Virus record (IMG/VR): IMGVR_UViG_3300033067_000664 | Coordinates: 1 to 44,298 of that record | DNA length: 44,298 nt | Origin: a virus | Taxonomy: Duplodnaviria > Caudoviricetes | Reading direction: 5' to 3' (one strand) | Shown here: piece after piece, positions 16,728 through 26,487 of the stretch | Layout of the letters: each line of letters starts with the position of its first letter | Numbering within the stretch: the stretch's first letter is position 1 | Notes under the pieces: generated by a model | Databases searched by the model: none | What the model was told of the DNA's origin: nothing | The model's input: the letters and a program-made list of their open reading frames with translations, nothing else | Translations under genes and position numbers: made by a program

Positions 16728-17141
16728 TCAAGCATCCCATTTGGCGTTGCCGTATTCGGGCAGAGAGCGGAGCAGTTCGTTCACCAGCGTTTCGCGCACG
16801 GCTTCAAGCTGTTTGAAGTGGTCATGCTTGGGAACGCTGCCCTCGGAGCACTGGTAGATCAAGCAATCGATGGCCTTGATGTAGGGTGCCAGCGCGCGGC
16901 CGGTGACGGGAATGTGGGTCTTGTGGATGTAGTTGGGCGCGAAATCCTCCTCGATGTAACGCTGGTTGACGGCTTCCTGGTTCATAGTGAACAGGACGGC
17001 GCCGACCTTTGCCAGATCCGGGGTGAACGCGACCTTGACGCCGCAGAAGGTGTACTCGCTGCGCCGGTAGCGCGTGTGTGCCATGTGGACAGCGTTAACG
17101 ACGTTCTGCATGGTCTGCATCGAGACGATGAAAGCGGACAT
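16728..17141 (-). CDS. hypothetical protein
   Basis: MSAFIVS...MNQEAVNQRY...KAIDCLIYQCSEG; AAGGGAG RBS. Confidence 0.75.
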   Translation of the reverse strand: MSAFIVSMQTMQNVVNAVHMAHTRYRRSEYTFCGVKVAFTPDLAKVGAVLFTMNQEAVNQRYIEEDFAPNYIHKTHIPVTGRALAPYIKAIDCLIYQCSEGSVPKHDHFKQLEAVRETLVNELLRSLPEYGNAKWDA

Positions 17142-17210
17142 AGGGTCTTCTCCCTTGTGGTTGGCCTGATTGCCACAACTGCCGACCATGCAGATCGGCA
17201 GGGGAAGAAA

Positions 17211-17348
17211 TCAGTCTTCAGACAGCCACTGAAGCAGTTGGTCACGGCGCGCTATGAGAGCGCTGATAACAACGGGGTCATCGCAATCAACAAGCGCCAC
17301 GGCGATGTCTGCCAAGCAAGTCAGGATGTGTCTCTGGAAGTCGGTCAT
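17211..17348 (-). CDS. small hypothetical protein (45 aa)
   Basis: own translation MTDFQRHILTCLADIAVALV...; AGGAG RBS. Confidence 0.5.
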   Translation of the reverse strand: MTDFQRHILTCLADIAVALVDCDDPVVISALIARRDQLLQWLSED

Positions 17349-17443
17349 ATCGGGTCTCCTGCCCAGTTCCAGCGGACCCATTGCCCTGCTGATGTCCTAA
17401 AGATAGGACGGGAATGTGTGGGCGCCAACAGGAAAATCGTGCA

Positions 17444-17878
17444 TTGAACGCGCCACTAAGCAATCAACGCCACGAATTGTTCGCACACGCCCTCGCGAGC
17501 GGAGAAACATGTGACCGCGCCTACCAGTTAGCCGGCTTCAAGCCCAACAGGGGAAACGCAAGCGCGCTTAGGGCAAAACAACACATCCAAAAGCGTGTAG
17601 CTGAAATACAGGCCAATATGGCTACCAGAGTGGCGGAAAAGGTCGCGATCGATAAAGCCTATGTGCTAGCTCGCGCCGTCAAGATGCACGAGGAAACCGC
17701 AGGATTCCAGGAGTATGCAGCATCCGCTCGGTTCCTCGAAATGGTAGGCAGACACAAGGATATCCAAGCCTTCAAAGACGCCAGCGACGTGAACGTAACC
17801 ATCACGGTGGATACGGCCATTGCGCGGCTTCAGGCGCCTGTAGAAGCCATTGAGGGCGATTACGAGGTTATCGAGTAG
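17444..17878 (+). CDS. terS: terminase small subunit
   Basis: LSNQRHELFAHALASG....AYQLAGF...NASAL....IQKRVAEI...IDKAYVL. Confidence 0.8.
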   Translation: MNAPLSNQRHELFAHALASGETCDRAYQLAGFKPNRGNASALRAKQHIQKRVAEIQANMATRVAEKVAIDKAYVLARAVKMHEETAGFQEYAASARFLEMVGRHKDIQAFKDASDVNVTITVDTAIARLQAPVEAIEGDYEVIE

Positions 17879-17939
17879 CCTGTTTGGTGTTATAACTTGA
17901 CCTGAGTGCAAGCGCCCCAGCGGCCAGTATCAGGAAAGT

Positions 17940-18206
17940 ATGACGTTTATGCCGAAAATAGCCCTAGAGCGCCGTCCAATGACGGCTGAAGCCTTCAAAG
18001 CCCGCATCCGAGAGATAGGCGTGACACAGCGCGAACTGGCCCGAGAATGGGGCTTTGCAGAGGGCACTGTGTCCAAATGGGCCAACGGGAAACTGCCGGT
18101 CCCACTTATGGCTGCATATGCTCTGGATGGATATGTGGCGATCAAGATGGAAGAAGCTGCACGCCTGGCCGGCTATCCGTGGCCACCGATCGGCTATAGC
18201 GCATAG
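17940..18206 (+). CDS. XRE-type HTH protein
   Basis: IGVTQRELAREWGFAEGTVSKWANGKLPVP. Confidence 0.75.
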   Translation: MTFMPKIALERRPMTAEAFKARIREIGVTQRELAREWGFAEGTVSKWANGKLPVPLMAAYALDGYVAIKMEEAARLAGYPWPPIGYSA

Positions 18207-18321
18207 CTATGTTACCGCACACTTATTGTGCAATACCGGGTGGTAACAGGCTGATAATCACCTGACATCCAGCAGGTCGGTGGTAACATGGCGGAACTCC
18301 GCCGTTCCTGCACATATGACT

Positions 18322-18349
18322 ATTTAACATAATGCGTGTTATGGGTTGG
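18322..18349. other. dif-like XerCD recombination site
   Basis: ATTTAACATAA-tgcgtg-TTATGGGTTGG: exact canonical XerD arm, 6-bp spacer, XerC arm with conserved inner TTATG. Confidence 0.7.
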
Positions 18350-18531
18350 AAACGCACATCGTGTTGCGTGGCTACCTCACTGTTGCTATTATGTCACGCA
18401 TGGATGCAACACCAAGAAGGGGACCCAGCGACGAAAGCCGGACCACCCCGGGGGCACCTTCGAGTGGAAGCCGAAAGCCTGGCCTTAGGACCACCCACAC
18501 AATTTTCCCCAATTTTCAAAACTAGGCCCTC

Positions 18532-18783
18532 ATGACGAAACCATCTCTCCCCGAAGAAGGCTTTGTGCGCCTTGACCAGATCATTGGGCGCGGCAACCCC
18601 ATCCCTGTCGGTAAGACAGCGTGGTGGGAAGGCATCAAGGATGGCATCTACCCGGAGCCGGTGAAGATTGGCAAGCGGGCGGTTGCCTGGAGGGTGGAGG
18701 ACATCCGGACGCTGATTGTGGCTCTCTCGAACCCTGAGAAGCCCCGCGTGCGTGTTCCGGTTGTAGCGGTCCCGTCAGCATGA
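18532..18783 (+). CDS. AlpA-family regulator/excisionase
   Basis: GFVRLDQIIG...IPVGKTAWWEGIKDGIYPEPVKIGKRAVAWRVEDI. Confidence 0.88.
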   Translation: MTKPSLPEEGFVRLDQIIGRGNPIPVGKTAWWEGIKDGIYPEPVKIGKRAVAWRVEDIRTLIVALSNPEKPRVRVPVVAVPSA

Positions 18784-18923
18784 CCGTCTCTGAGCGCATC
18801 GCGGAACTGAAGCGGAAGCTTGCGGCCCGGAGGGGGCAGGTGAGTTACCGGGATAATGTCATCGCCCTGGAAGCAGAAATCGCTCGGTTAGAGGCTTTGC
18901 AGAAGGGGCTTTCGGATGGTTGA
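18780..18923 (+). CDS. small coiled-coil protein (47 aa)
   Basis: own translation MTVSERIAELKRKLAARR...; ATGA coupling. Confidence 0.55.
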   Translation: MTVSERIAELKRKLAARRGQVSYRDNVIALEAEIARLEALQKGLSDG

Positions 18924-19305
18924 GTGCGGGTCGGTCGCTACCCCGACGACTGATGGCGGGCGGCTCCTTTTGCCATCTATCTTGTACCATGCACCCTGCC
19001 TTGCGGCGCTCCCGAATGGCGGCTCCTTTTATCGGGAATGGGCTGTACCCCAGCAATATGCGGGTCTGCTTTCCCCGCCGCCGCACGTCAACCGCAACCA
19101 TTATACCAAATCGGTGGACCAGTGAAAACCCTCGCACACAAATGGCGTCTTCTCGGCACATCGAGCCGTCTGGCATTGCTGGCGCAGGAACGCGCTGCTT
19201 TTTATTTGGCTGGACTGCGAAGCAAGCACTTACATGGTATAAACAAGTGAACACTTACTTATGATAGGAGGTGATTCTGATGGGCAAGAAGAAGGGTGGC
19301 CGGAA

Positions 19306-19530
19306 GTGCTGACGCTTATCAAGCCGGAGACGGTGGATGAGGTCTATGAGCCTTGGCCGCTTCCGCTTTTCGACGGATATGCGCGTGAGACAGGATTAGA
19401 CCACCGCGCCCTGTCAGCCGGTTTCTCGGCGCTGGAGCGTGAGAAGCCTTGGTTCTGGTCTGGCGTTACGGAAGCGTACCGCTGCTGGTGTGCTGAGACT
19501 GAGCGTCAGGCGTACCAAGGCGCCGCCTGA
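19306..19530 (+). CDS. hypothetical protein upstream of terL
   Basis: GTG start overlapping a micro-ORF stop; TGATG coupling to terL. Confidence 0.6.
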   Translation: MLTLIKPETVDEVYEPWPLPLFDGYARETGLDHRALSAGFSALEREKPWFWSGVTEAYRCWCAETERQAYQGAA

Positions 19531-21266
19531 TGTTCGACAGCGTCGCCATCGGGAAAGAGTACGGCCTGCCTCCGCAAGAGGTGCAGGCCCGCTTTCTCAC
19601 CCTCCAGGTGGCGCGCTGGAAGAACAACTTTCGCCTCTTTGCCAAGGACATTGTCCGTATCCGCACCAAGGACACGGAGATTGAGCCGCTGATCCTGAAC
19701 TCGGCGCAGACCCTTCTTCACAACGCCGCCGAGAAGATGCTGGCCGAGACGGGATGGGTCCGGCTTATCGGACTAAAGGGCCGGCAGCAGGGCTTCTCCA
19801 CCTACGTCGCGGCGAGGGGATACTGGCGGGCGACCCTGTGGGACCAGCAGCGCATCTACATCCTGTCCCACGAGATGGATTCGACCAACAAGCTTTTTGC
19901 CATGGTCGAGCTGATGCAGAAGGAAAACGCCTTTCCTCCGCAGGTCGGAACGGACAACGCCAAGGAACTGGAGTTCGTCAAGAGAGGGTCTTCCTACTCG
20001 GTTGCCACTGCCGGCGTGAAGGCAGGTGGGCGGGGAGGTAATACCTCCTTCTTCCATGGTTCCGAGGTGTCGAGATGGACCAATGCCGAGGATCACTTTG
20101 CCGCCTCGGTGAAGACGGTCGCCGAGACGAAGGGCATCCGTGACGTCATCTGGCGGCGCCCTGAAAAGCCGCTTCCTTTTGAGATGAACGTCCCCGAGGT
20201 CATCAAGGGGTGGGTGCGACCGCCCTCGGAAATCTGGCTGGAGACGACCTCCGCCGGTCCTACGGGCGCGTTCTACAAACGGTACAAGGACGCCATGGCG
20301 GGGAAGGGAGACTACCGCCATGTCTTCGTCCCGTGGAACGTCCAGACCGAATATAGCCGGGAAGGGGAGTTCGAGGCCGGCGTCGATCCTGAGGAGGAAG
20401 GTGGCCTGTCGGAGGCGGAATACCAGTCCGCCCTTGGATTGACCGATGGGCAAATGCTGTGGAGACGTGCCCAGCTCCTCGAGTTGGGGTCGCACAACAA
20501 GTTCCGGCAGGAATATCCCCTCAGCATCGATGAAGCCTTTTCCACAGGTGATGACGCGGACGCCTTCATCAAGGGGCGGGAAATCCTGCTGGCCCGCAAG
20601 AACGTCATGGCGGATCCGGACGCCCCCCTGATTATCGGCGTCGACCCTGCCTCGGCTGGTGGTGACCGCTTCGCCATCGCGTGGAGGCGGGGCAATAAGT
20701 GCCTGAAGATCAAATATCGCCATAAGCTCTCTCATGAAGCGGCGGTGGCGTGGATCACCTCCGTCATCGATGAGGACAAGCCGTCCCGGGTGAACATCGA
20801 CCGCGGGAACATCGGCGCCAACATCATCACCACAATCCGGTCGATGTCCCCAACTTACGCCTCTCTTGTGAGAGGAATAGATTTCGGGAGTACGTCCCAG
20901 GCGAAGGAAGCCAACCCCGGGAGATCGGGGCCGGTCAACCGCCGCGCGGAGATTTACGGCCGGCTGAGGGAATGGCTGAAGGATGCCTCGATCCCGGATG
21001 AGGACGATCTGGTGGCGGACCTTGCCGGTCCCCGGATCAAGTACCGGACCAACAACGACTGGCTGCTCGAATCCAAGAGCGACATGAAGGCGAGGGGCGT
21101 CCGCTCTCCCGATCTGGCGGACGCATTGGCGCTGACCTTCGCCACCCAGGAATTCTTCTCCGAATGGTCCAAGCCCGACAAATCGACGGGCTTTTCAGTC
21201 GGGATTCAACGTCAGGAAACAAGAACGTCCGACCTTAGAGGGTCGGCTTACGGGTGGATGGGCTGA
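19530..21266 (+). CDS. terL: terminase large subunit
   Basis: LKGRQQGFST Walker A variant, FHGSEV Walker B, ETT motif, IIGVDPA nuclease, SPDLADALALTF. Confidence 0.95.
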   Translation: MFDSVAIGKEYGLPPQEVQARFLTLQVARWKNNFRLFAKDIVRIRTKDTEIEPLILNSAQTLLHNAAEKMLAETGWVRLIGLKGRQQGFSTYVAARGYWRATLWDQQRIYILSHEMDSTNKLFAMVELMQKENAFPPQVGTDNAKELEFVKRGSSYSVATAGVKAGGRGGNTSFFHGSEVSRWTNAEDHFAASVKTVAETKGIRDVIWRRPEKPLPFEMNVPEVIKGWVRPPSEIWLETTSAGPTGAFYKRYKDAMAGKGDYRHVFVPWNVQTEYSREGEFEAGVDPEEEGGLSEAEYQSALGLTDGQMLWRRAQLLELGSHNKFRQEYPLSIDEAFSTGDDADAFIKGREILLARKNVMADPDAPLIIGVDPASAGGDRFAIAWRRGNKCLKIKYRHKLSHEAAVAWITSVIDEDKPSRVNIDRGNIGANIITTIRSMSPTYASLVRGIDFGSTSQAKEANPGRSGPVNRRAEIYGRLREWLKDASIPDEDDLVADLAGPRIKYRTNNDWLLESKSDMKARGVRSPDLADALALTFATQEFFSEWSKPDKSTGFSVGIQRQETRTSDLRGSAYGWMG

Positions 21267-23362
21267 TGGATGTGATCGTCGATGGAGCGGACATCGTTCA
21301 GGTGTCGCGCAAGAAGGTCCCTACTCCAAAGGGGTATGAGAACACCGACAAATTCCTTGCCGAAATGCGCAAGCGGTATGACGAGGGCGTCTCCTTCAAC
21401 CTTCATAACATCATCGCCGGGCAGGAAGACGCTCGCTTCGTTGTGGGAAACCAGTGGGACCCCGTCGTCGAGAGAAACCGGCGCAATTCCCACAAGCCTG
21501 TCCTGACCTTCAACCGCCTTGTGGCCTTCATCGCCCAGATCGTGGGTAACAGACTGCTCAACGAAACGGAAATCCGGGTCTATCCGGACAAGGGAGGGAC
21601 AAAAGAGGTCGCGGCGATCCGCGAAGGGCTGATCCGCAACATCTTCAAGAACTCGCCGGCCGATTTGGCAAGGGATGAGGCGCAGAAATACCAGGTCATT
21701 GGAGGGCAGGGGAACTTCCAGCTCTGTCTTGATTACGCCGCGGACGACGTTTTCGACCAGGAAATCAAGCTGAAGCCGATTTCGGCGCCCTATTCGGTGG
21801 TTTTCGACCCTCTTTCCATCGATCCGACCGGCGGCGACGCGGAATGGGTGTTCGTTTCGGACGAAATGCCCGAGGACACCTTTAAAGCCAGGTGGCCGTG
21901 GGCTGATGCGGTCTCATTCGACTCTCCCCAGGCTTATCCGTGGAACCAGGGCGGTTATTGGCTGACCGTCGACACAATCAGGGTCGCCGATTACTGGCGC
22001 ATGGTCATCGACGGGGTGAAAATCCTCGCCCTTCTGGTCGATGGGTCCATTCGGGATGTCACCGACCTCTCGGAAGATCAGTATCCCTTCCTCGATGTGC
22101 CGATCGCGACCAAACCGGACGGCTCTTACCGGATTCGGGAGGTCCCGAACCGCTTCGCGCAGAAATATGTCTGCTCCGGCAGCCAGATACTGGAGGGACC
22201 ATACAACTATCCCATCTCCTCGCTCCCGGTGTACCGGGTTTCGGGCTGGGAGGTGAATGACGGCCTCAAACTCCACCGTTGGGGGGTTGTTCGGTACCTG
22301 AAGGACCCCCAGCGCCTCCACAATTTCTGGCGATCGGTCATTGCCGAGCAGCTTGTCTCGACCCCCAGAAATAAATGGCTCGTCACGAAAGCCATGATCG
22401 AGGGCTATCAGGAGGATTGGCGGGATTCGCCGATCAAGGACGACCCGTTCCTCTACTACAACCCCGACGAAGGCAAACCCGAAAGGGTGGAGCCTCCTCA
22501 AGCTGATGCAGCGGTTCTGGAACAAGCCGCCGCGACCTCCCAGGACATGAAGGATATCTCGAATATCCACGAGGCGTCCTTTGGCATGCCGGGAAACGAG
22601 GTATCCGGCAAGGCGATCCAGGCCCGGCAGATGACTTCCGACGTGGGCACCTTCATCTATCAGGACCGTCAGCGAATGGCGGACGAACGATGTGCAAGAA
22701 ACATCAACGAGCTGATCCCCTACGTCTATGACACCGACCGCGTCGTCCTGGTGATGGGAAGGGATGACAAACAAGTTCAGCAAGCCATCAACAATGGACA
22801 GAACAACGACCTTGGCCTTGGAAGATACGGCATCACCGTCTCTACAGGTCCGGCGTCGGTGACCAAGCGAACCTTGGCGGCGGAACAGATGACCGCCTTC
22901 ATGAACGCCAACCCCCAGGCGGCCGGCCTTGTCGCGGACCTCTTCGCCGAAGCCCTTGACTGGCCGATGGCAACGCAGATCGCCGATCGTCTCAAGAAAT
23001 TCCTGCCTCCGGGTGCTGTTCCCGAGGACGAGATGTCGCCGGAGCAGAAGATGGCGCAGGCCCAAGCCCAGCAGGAAGCGGCGAACCAGCAGGCCATGGC
23101 GCAGGCCCAGGCAGAGGCAGAAATCGCCAAGACCCGCTCGGAAGCCGCCAACAACGAGGCAAAGGCAAATCTTGCCAAGGCCCAGTCCATCCAGGCCATC
23201 GCCGACGCCGAGGCCCGCCTGAAGGACGTGAACAGCAAGGTCGACGAACGGGAGATGCGCGCCCTTCTCGATACCGTGGACCAGCACAATCAGATCACCG
23301 AAGACGATCGCCAATTCGAAGCCGGGCGCGAAGATGCCCGCAAGGAGAACGTAAATGATTGA
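21266..23362 (+). CDS. P22-like portal protein
   Basis: GNQWD...PVLTFNRL...GVVRYLKDPQRLHNFW...NEVSGKAIQARQ; Q/A-rich C-terminal barrel. Confidence 0.92.
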   Translation: MDVIVDGADIVQVSRKKVPTPKGYENTDKFLAEMRKRYDEGVSFNLHNIIAGQEDARFVVGNQWDPVVERNRRNSHKPVLTFNRLVAFIAQIVGNRLLNETEIRVYPDKGGTKEVAAIREGLIRNIFKNSPADLARDEAQKYQVIGGQGNFQLCLDYAADDVFDQEIKLKPISAPYSVVFDPLSIDPTGGDAEWVFVSDEMPEDTFKARWPWADAVSFDSPQAYPWNQGGYWLTVDTIRVADYWRMVIDGVKILALLVDGSIRDVTDLSEDQYPFLDVPIATKPDGSYRIREVPNRFAQKYVCSGSQILEGPYNYPISSLPVYRVSGWEVNDGLKLHRWGVVRYLKDPQRLHNFWRSVIAEQLVSTPRNKWLVTKAMIEGYQEDWRDSPIKDDPFLYYNPDEGKPERVEPPQADAAVLEQAAATSQDMKDISNIHEASFGMPGNEVSGKAIQARQMTSDVGTFIYQDRQRMADERCARNINELIPYVYDTDRVVLVMGRDDKQVQQAINNGQNNDLGLGRYGITVSTGPASVTKRTLAAEQMTAFMNANPQAAGLVADLFAEALDWPMATQIADRLKKFLPPGAVPEDEMSPEQKMAQAQAQQEAANQQAMAQAQAEAEIAKTRSEAANNEAKANLAKAQSIQAIADAEARLKDVNSKVDEREMRALLDTVDQHNQITEDDRQFEAGREDARKENVND

Positions 23363-24245
23363 GGACAGCGCCTTTACCCAGCCGGTGGAAGTCGGGGGCG
23401 ATGCCGCCCTTCAGGAAACTGCAAAGCCCGTCGAGGCTCCCGAGGAGGAAGTCCTTGAGCTTACCGAAGGCGATGAACTCGCCGAGGACGACAGCGATGC
23501 TGAGGGTGACAAGCCCAAAAAGCGTGACATCTCCGCCAAGGACCGCATCAAGGAACTGAACCGGCGCCTGCGCGAGCGGGAGCGGGAGCTGGAGACCGTC
23601 AGAAGCAGCGGTTTGCAATCCCAGATCGACGAAATCAAAAAACTGTTGCAACCGGGCAACAGTGGTGACAATATTGCAACTGAAAGGGTTGCTCCAGATC
23701 CTTCGGACCTGAAGAAGTACCCCCTCGGTGCCCTCGACGACCGTTACGTTGAGGACCTGACTGACTGGAAAGTAGACCAGAAGTTCAGGTCGGCCCAGCA
23801 GCGTCAGCTGGAACACGATGCGAAGGCGGAAGCCGACCGTGTCGCGTCAGAAAGCCTCCAGAAAGCGCGTTCCATCGTCGACAAGGGTTCGACGGCTTAC
23901 GACGATTTCGAAGAGGTTGTCTGGGAAGGCGGAATGCGCGGCGATTATGCCATGTCAGAACCCACCTTCCACGCGCTCACCGAGGCTGAACACAGCGTCG
24001 ATATCGCGTACTGGCTGGCGAGCAACAAGGCCGAGGCGGCCCGGATAGCGGCCCTCTCCCCGTACAAGCAAATCCAGTGGGTTGCGCAAAAGAACGCTGA
24101 GTTCTCGGCCAAGAAGGTCACCCGTAAGGTGCCTCAGGCTGACAATCCCGCATCGCATCAGGCTCGCGGAACCTCCGGGAAGTTCGCTGTCGATCCGGCA
24201 ACCGAAGACCTAGGAGCATTCAAGCGAGCTCTCTTCAACCGATAA
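23355..24245 (+). CDS. scaffolding protein
   Basis: acidic coiled coil between portal and coat; RIKELNRR, IAYWLASN..EAARIA. Confidence 0.8.
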   Translation: MIEDSAFTQPVEVGGDAALQETAKPVEAPEEEVLELTEGDELAEDDSDAEGDKPKKRDISAKDRIKELNRRLRERERELETVRSSGLQSQIDEIKKLLQPGNSGDNIATERVAPDPSDLKKYPLGALDDRYVEDLTDWKVDQKFRSAQQRQLEHDAKAEADRVASESLQKARSIVDKGSTAYDDFEEVVWEGGMRGDYAMSEPTFHALTEAEHSVDIAYWLASNKAEAARIAALSPYKQIQWVAQKNAEFSAKKVTRKVPQADNPASHQARGTSGKFAVDPATEDLGAFKRALFNR

Positions 24246-24281
24246 CGGGAGAGCCGGGCTCTCCCCTGAGGAGAGTCCCTG

Positions 24282-25595
24282 ATGGGCACGGTTTCAGCAC
24301 CCCAAAGTTCCCTCGTTCTCAATGCCTTCGCGGCGTATTTCGAGAACGAACTCGTCTCCGCCCAGGCCGTCGACTGGAAGATGTACGACGGCGACATGGC
24401 CGACACCAACCGCCTGCAGGTCATCGAGCAGGTCGAACCCAACTATGCGGTCACCCAGACCGTCAATGGCGTCGCCGATCTCTCGGCCGGCACCCAGGGC
24501 TCGATCTTCGGTGGCGAGCTGTTCCTTGTGAATCGCGCCTTCGGCACCTCCATGGGCTGGGGCGATTTCGAGGCAATCCAGACCATCGGCGATGCCCGCG
24601 AAAGCCGTGCGCTCAAGTCGAGCGCCCGCAAGCTTGCCGAGCAGGTTGACGCCTATATCTGGTCTGTCGCCGCGCTGGCGTCCGACAACTGGACCGGCAC
24701 GCCGACCACCAGCCTGTCGAGCCAGAACGACGTGGTCTCCGCCTACACGCGCCTCAAGGAAGAGGGCGTGGAGGATGGAGACATGCGTTACATCATGAAC
24801 TTCACCGATCGCCAGCTTCTGGGCAATCAGGTCATCAACCTGACCGCTCCGGACAAGTTCACGACCGAGACCTACAAGGAAGGTTTCGACTCGATGATCA
24901 ACGGCATCCCGGCGCTGTTCACCCAGCAGCTTCCGACGATGACCACCGGCACCCGCACCACCTCCGGCGCGGCCCAGGTCAACGGCGCCGCGGTGAATGT
25001 CGACTACGCGGACGTGGCGAACCAGACCAGCAACAACGGCTGGTACATGACGCAGACGCTGGCCATCAAGAACATGACCAACGCCGACACCATCGTGGCG
25101 GGCGAAGTGTTCACGATTGCCGGTGTGTACGCCTATGACAACCGCAAGCAGGCCGCCGTCTCGCCGGCTCGTCTGCAGCAGTTCACGGTCGTTGTGGGCA
25201 CCACGCTCTCGGGCACTACCGGCACCATCCGCGTGTTCCCGGCGATTATCGTCCCGGCGACCGGCTCGGGTGACAACGTCAACATCAACACCGCCCATGC
25301 GACGGTGACGGCGGTTCCGACCAACGGCGCCGCGATCACCTGGCTTGGCGCGGCCTCGACCACCCTGTCTCCGCGTCTCCTGATCCAGAAGCAGGCCATC
25401 GTGTGCAACACCCAGCAGCTTCGCCTGCCGGTGACCGGCATCGGTGTCCGCCGCAAGCTGGAGAAGGTTCCGCTGTCGGTTCGCATGTGGTCGAACAGCA
25501 CTTTCGATACGGGCGACTTCGGCGTCCGCTTCGACCTGATGCTGAACGCCAATATCCGTGACCGTCGCCGTCTCTGCCGCTTCAACGGCTCGTAA
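24282..25595 (+). CDS. major capsid protein (P22 coat-like)
   Basis: position; I-domain-like AGEVFTIAGVYA...LQQFTVV...PAII; strongly biased codons. Confidence 0.9.
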   Translation: MGTVSAPQSSLVLNAFAAYFENELVSAQAVDWKMYDGDMADTNRLQVIEQVEPNYAVTQTVNGVADLSAGTQGSIFGGELFLVNRAFGTSMGWGDFEAIQTIGDARESRALKSSARKLAEQVDAYIWSVAALASDNWTGTPTTSLSSQNDVVSAYTRLKEEGVEDGDMRYIMNFTDRQLLGNQVINLTAPDKFTTETYKEGFDSMINGIPALFTQQLPTMTTGTRTTSGAAQVNGAAVNVDYADVANQTSNNGWYMTQTLAIKNMTNADTIVAGEVFTIAGVYAYDNRKQAAVSPARLQQFTVVVGTTLSGTTGTIRVFPAIIVPATGSGDNVNINTAHATVTAVPTNGAAITWLGAASTTLSPRLLIQKQAIVCNTQQLRLPVTGIGVRRKLEKVPLSVRMWSNSTFDTGDFGVRFDLMLNANIRDRRRLCRFNGS

Positions 25596-25606
25596 GGGAG
25601 GCTGTG

Positions 25607-26062
25607 ATGGATACCGGAACCACGAACTACCCGAACCCGGCACTGAGCACCGTCGACCGCGTGCTGGTCGTGCTGCGGAATTCCGATGGTGTCGGCACCA
25701 AGGGTTCCGTTAACCCGGCAGAAGTCTTCAACGGCGTCGGTCTGGGCTACACCCAGGACGGCGCTGCTGTGGAGCAGGGAACCAGCCGAACCACTGGCGT
25801 CACGATCGATGCCCTCTCGGGCGCGATCACGCTGGTCTCGGCGGCCGGCTCGACCACGGCGGCATCCTTTACCGTCACCAATTCCACGGTCGCGGCGACG
25901 GATGTCCCGGTGGTGGTCCAGAAGTCGGGCACGGACAAGTACAACATCGGCGTCTCGGCGGTCGCGGACGGGTCATTCGTGATCACCTTCCGCACCTTCG
26001 CCGGCACGACCACGGAACAGCCGGTGTTCAACTTCGCGATCATCAAGGCGGTCGCGTCTTAA
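25607..26062 (+). CDS. virion structural/decoration protein
   Basis: QGTSRTTGVTIDALSGAITL...FTVTNSTVAATDV...NFAIIKAV; follows the coat gene. Confidence 0.65.
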   Translation: MDTGTTNYPNPALSTVDRVLVVLRNSDGVGTKGSVNPAEVFNGVGLGYTQDGAAVEQGTSRTTGVTIDALSGAITLVSAAGSTTAASFTVTNSTVAATDVPVVVQKSGTDKYNIGVSAVADGSFVITFRTFAGTTTEQPVFNFAIIKAVAS

Positions 26063-26072
26063 GGAGCGTCCT

Positions 26073-26357
26073 ATGACGCACCAGGTAAGGGAATCGGGGC
26101 GACCTGTCCCGATTGACGTAAACGGCACGGAAGTCCTGAGTGGTAACCATCTGCTCGGCTTCCTTGCCGCCACCAGCGGCGCCATCACCATTTCACTCGC
26201 GGACGGCTCCAGTGGGGCGGTCGTGGTTGTAACGGTGGTGGACGCCGTGCCGGTAACCCAGGGGATCTACACCCCGATTCCGATGCAGTTTCCAGCCTAT
26301 CAGGACGGCTGCACCGTCGCCCTGTCGGGGGGTGCGTCGGGCACCCTGTTCGTCTGA
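26073..26357 (+). CDS. virion-associated hypothetical protein
   Basis: AAGGAG RBS; beta-rich. Confidence 0.65.
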   Translation: MTHQVRESGRPVPIDVNGTEVLSGNHLLGFLAATSGAITISLADGSSGAVVVVTVVDAVPVTQGIYTPIPMQFPAYQDGCTVALSGGASGTLFV

Positions 26358-26487
26358 TGCTCCTGATCTGGGCATCGCAGCAGAGGGGGGGTGTAACGCC
26401 CCCCTCCACACCCTTGGCTGTCATCACCCTTGGTTTTTCACCGGGCGGCATCGCCAACATCGTCTGGTTCGGCTTTGGAGCGGTCTG

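Noticed and set aside
19773-25643. Long minus-strand ORFs (19773-20735, 21914-23314, 24294-25643)
   Set aside because: Antisense shadows of terL, portal and coat in GC-rich DNA; no motifs
26383-26406. G7/C6 hairpin as terminator or phase-variation tract
   Set aside because: No U-tract, it lies within a plausible 43-aa ORF, and there is no frameshift evidence
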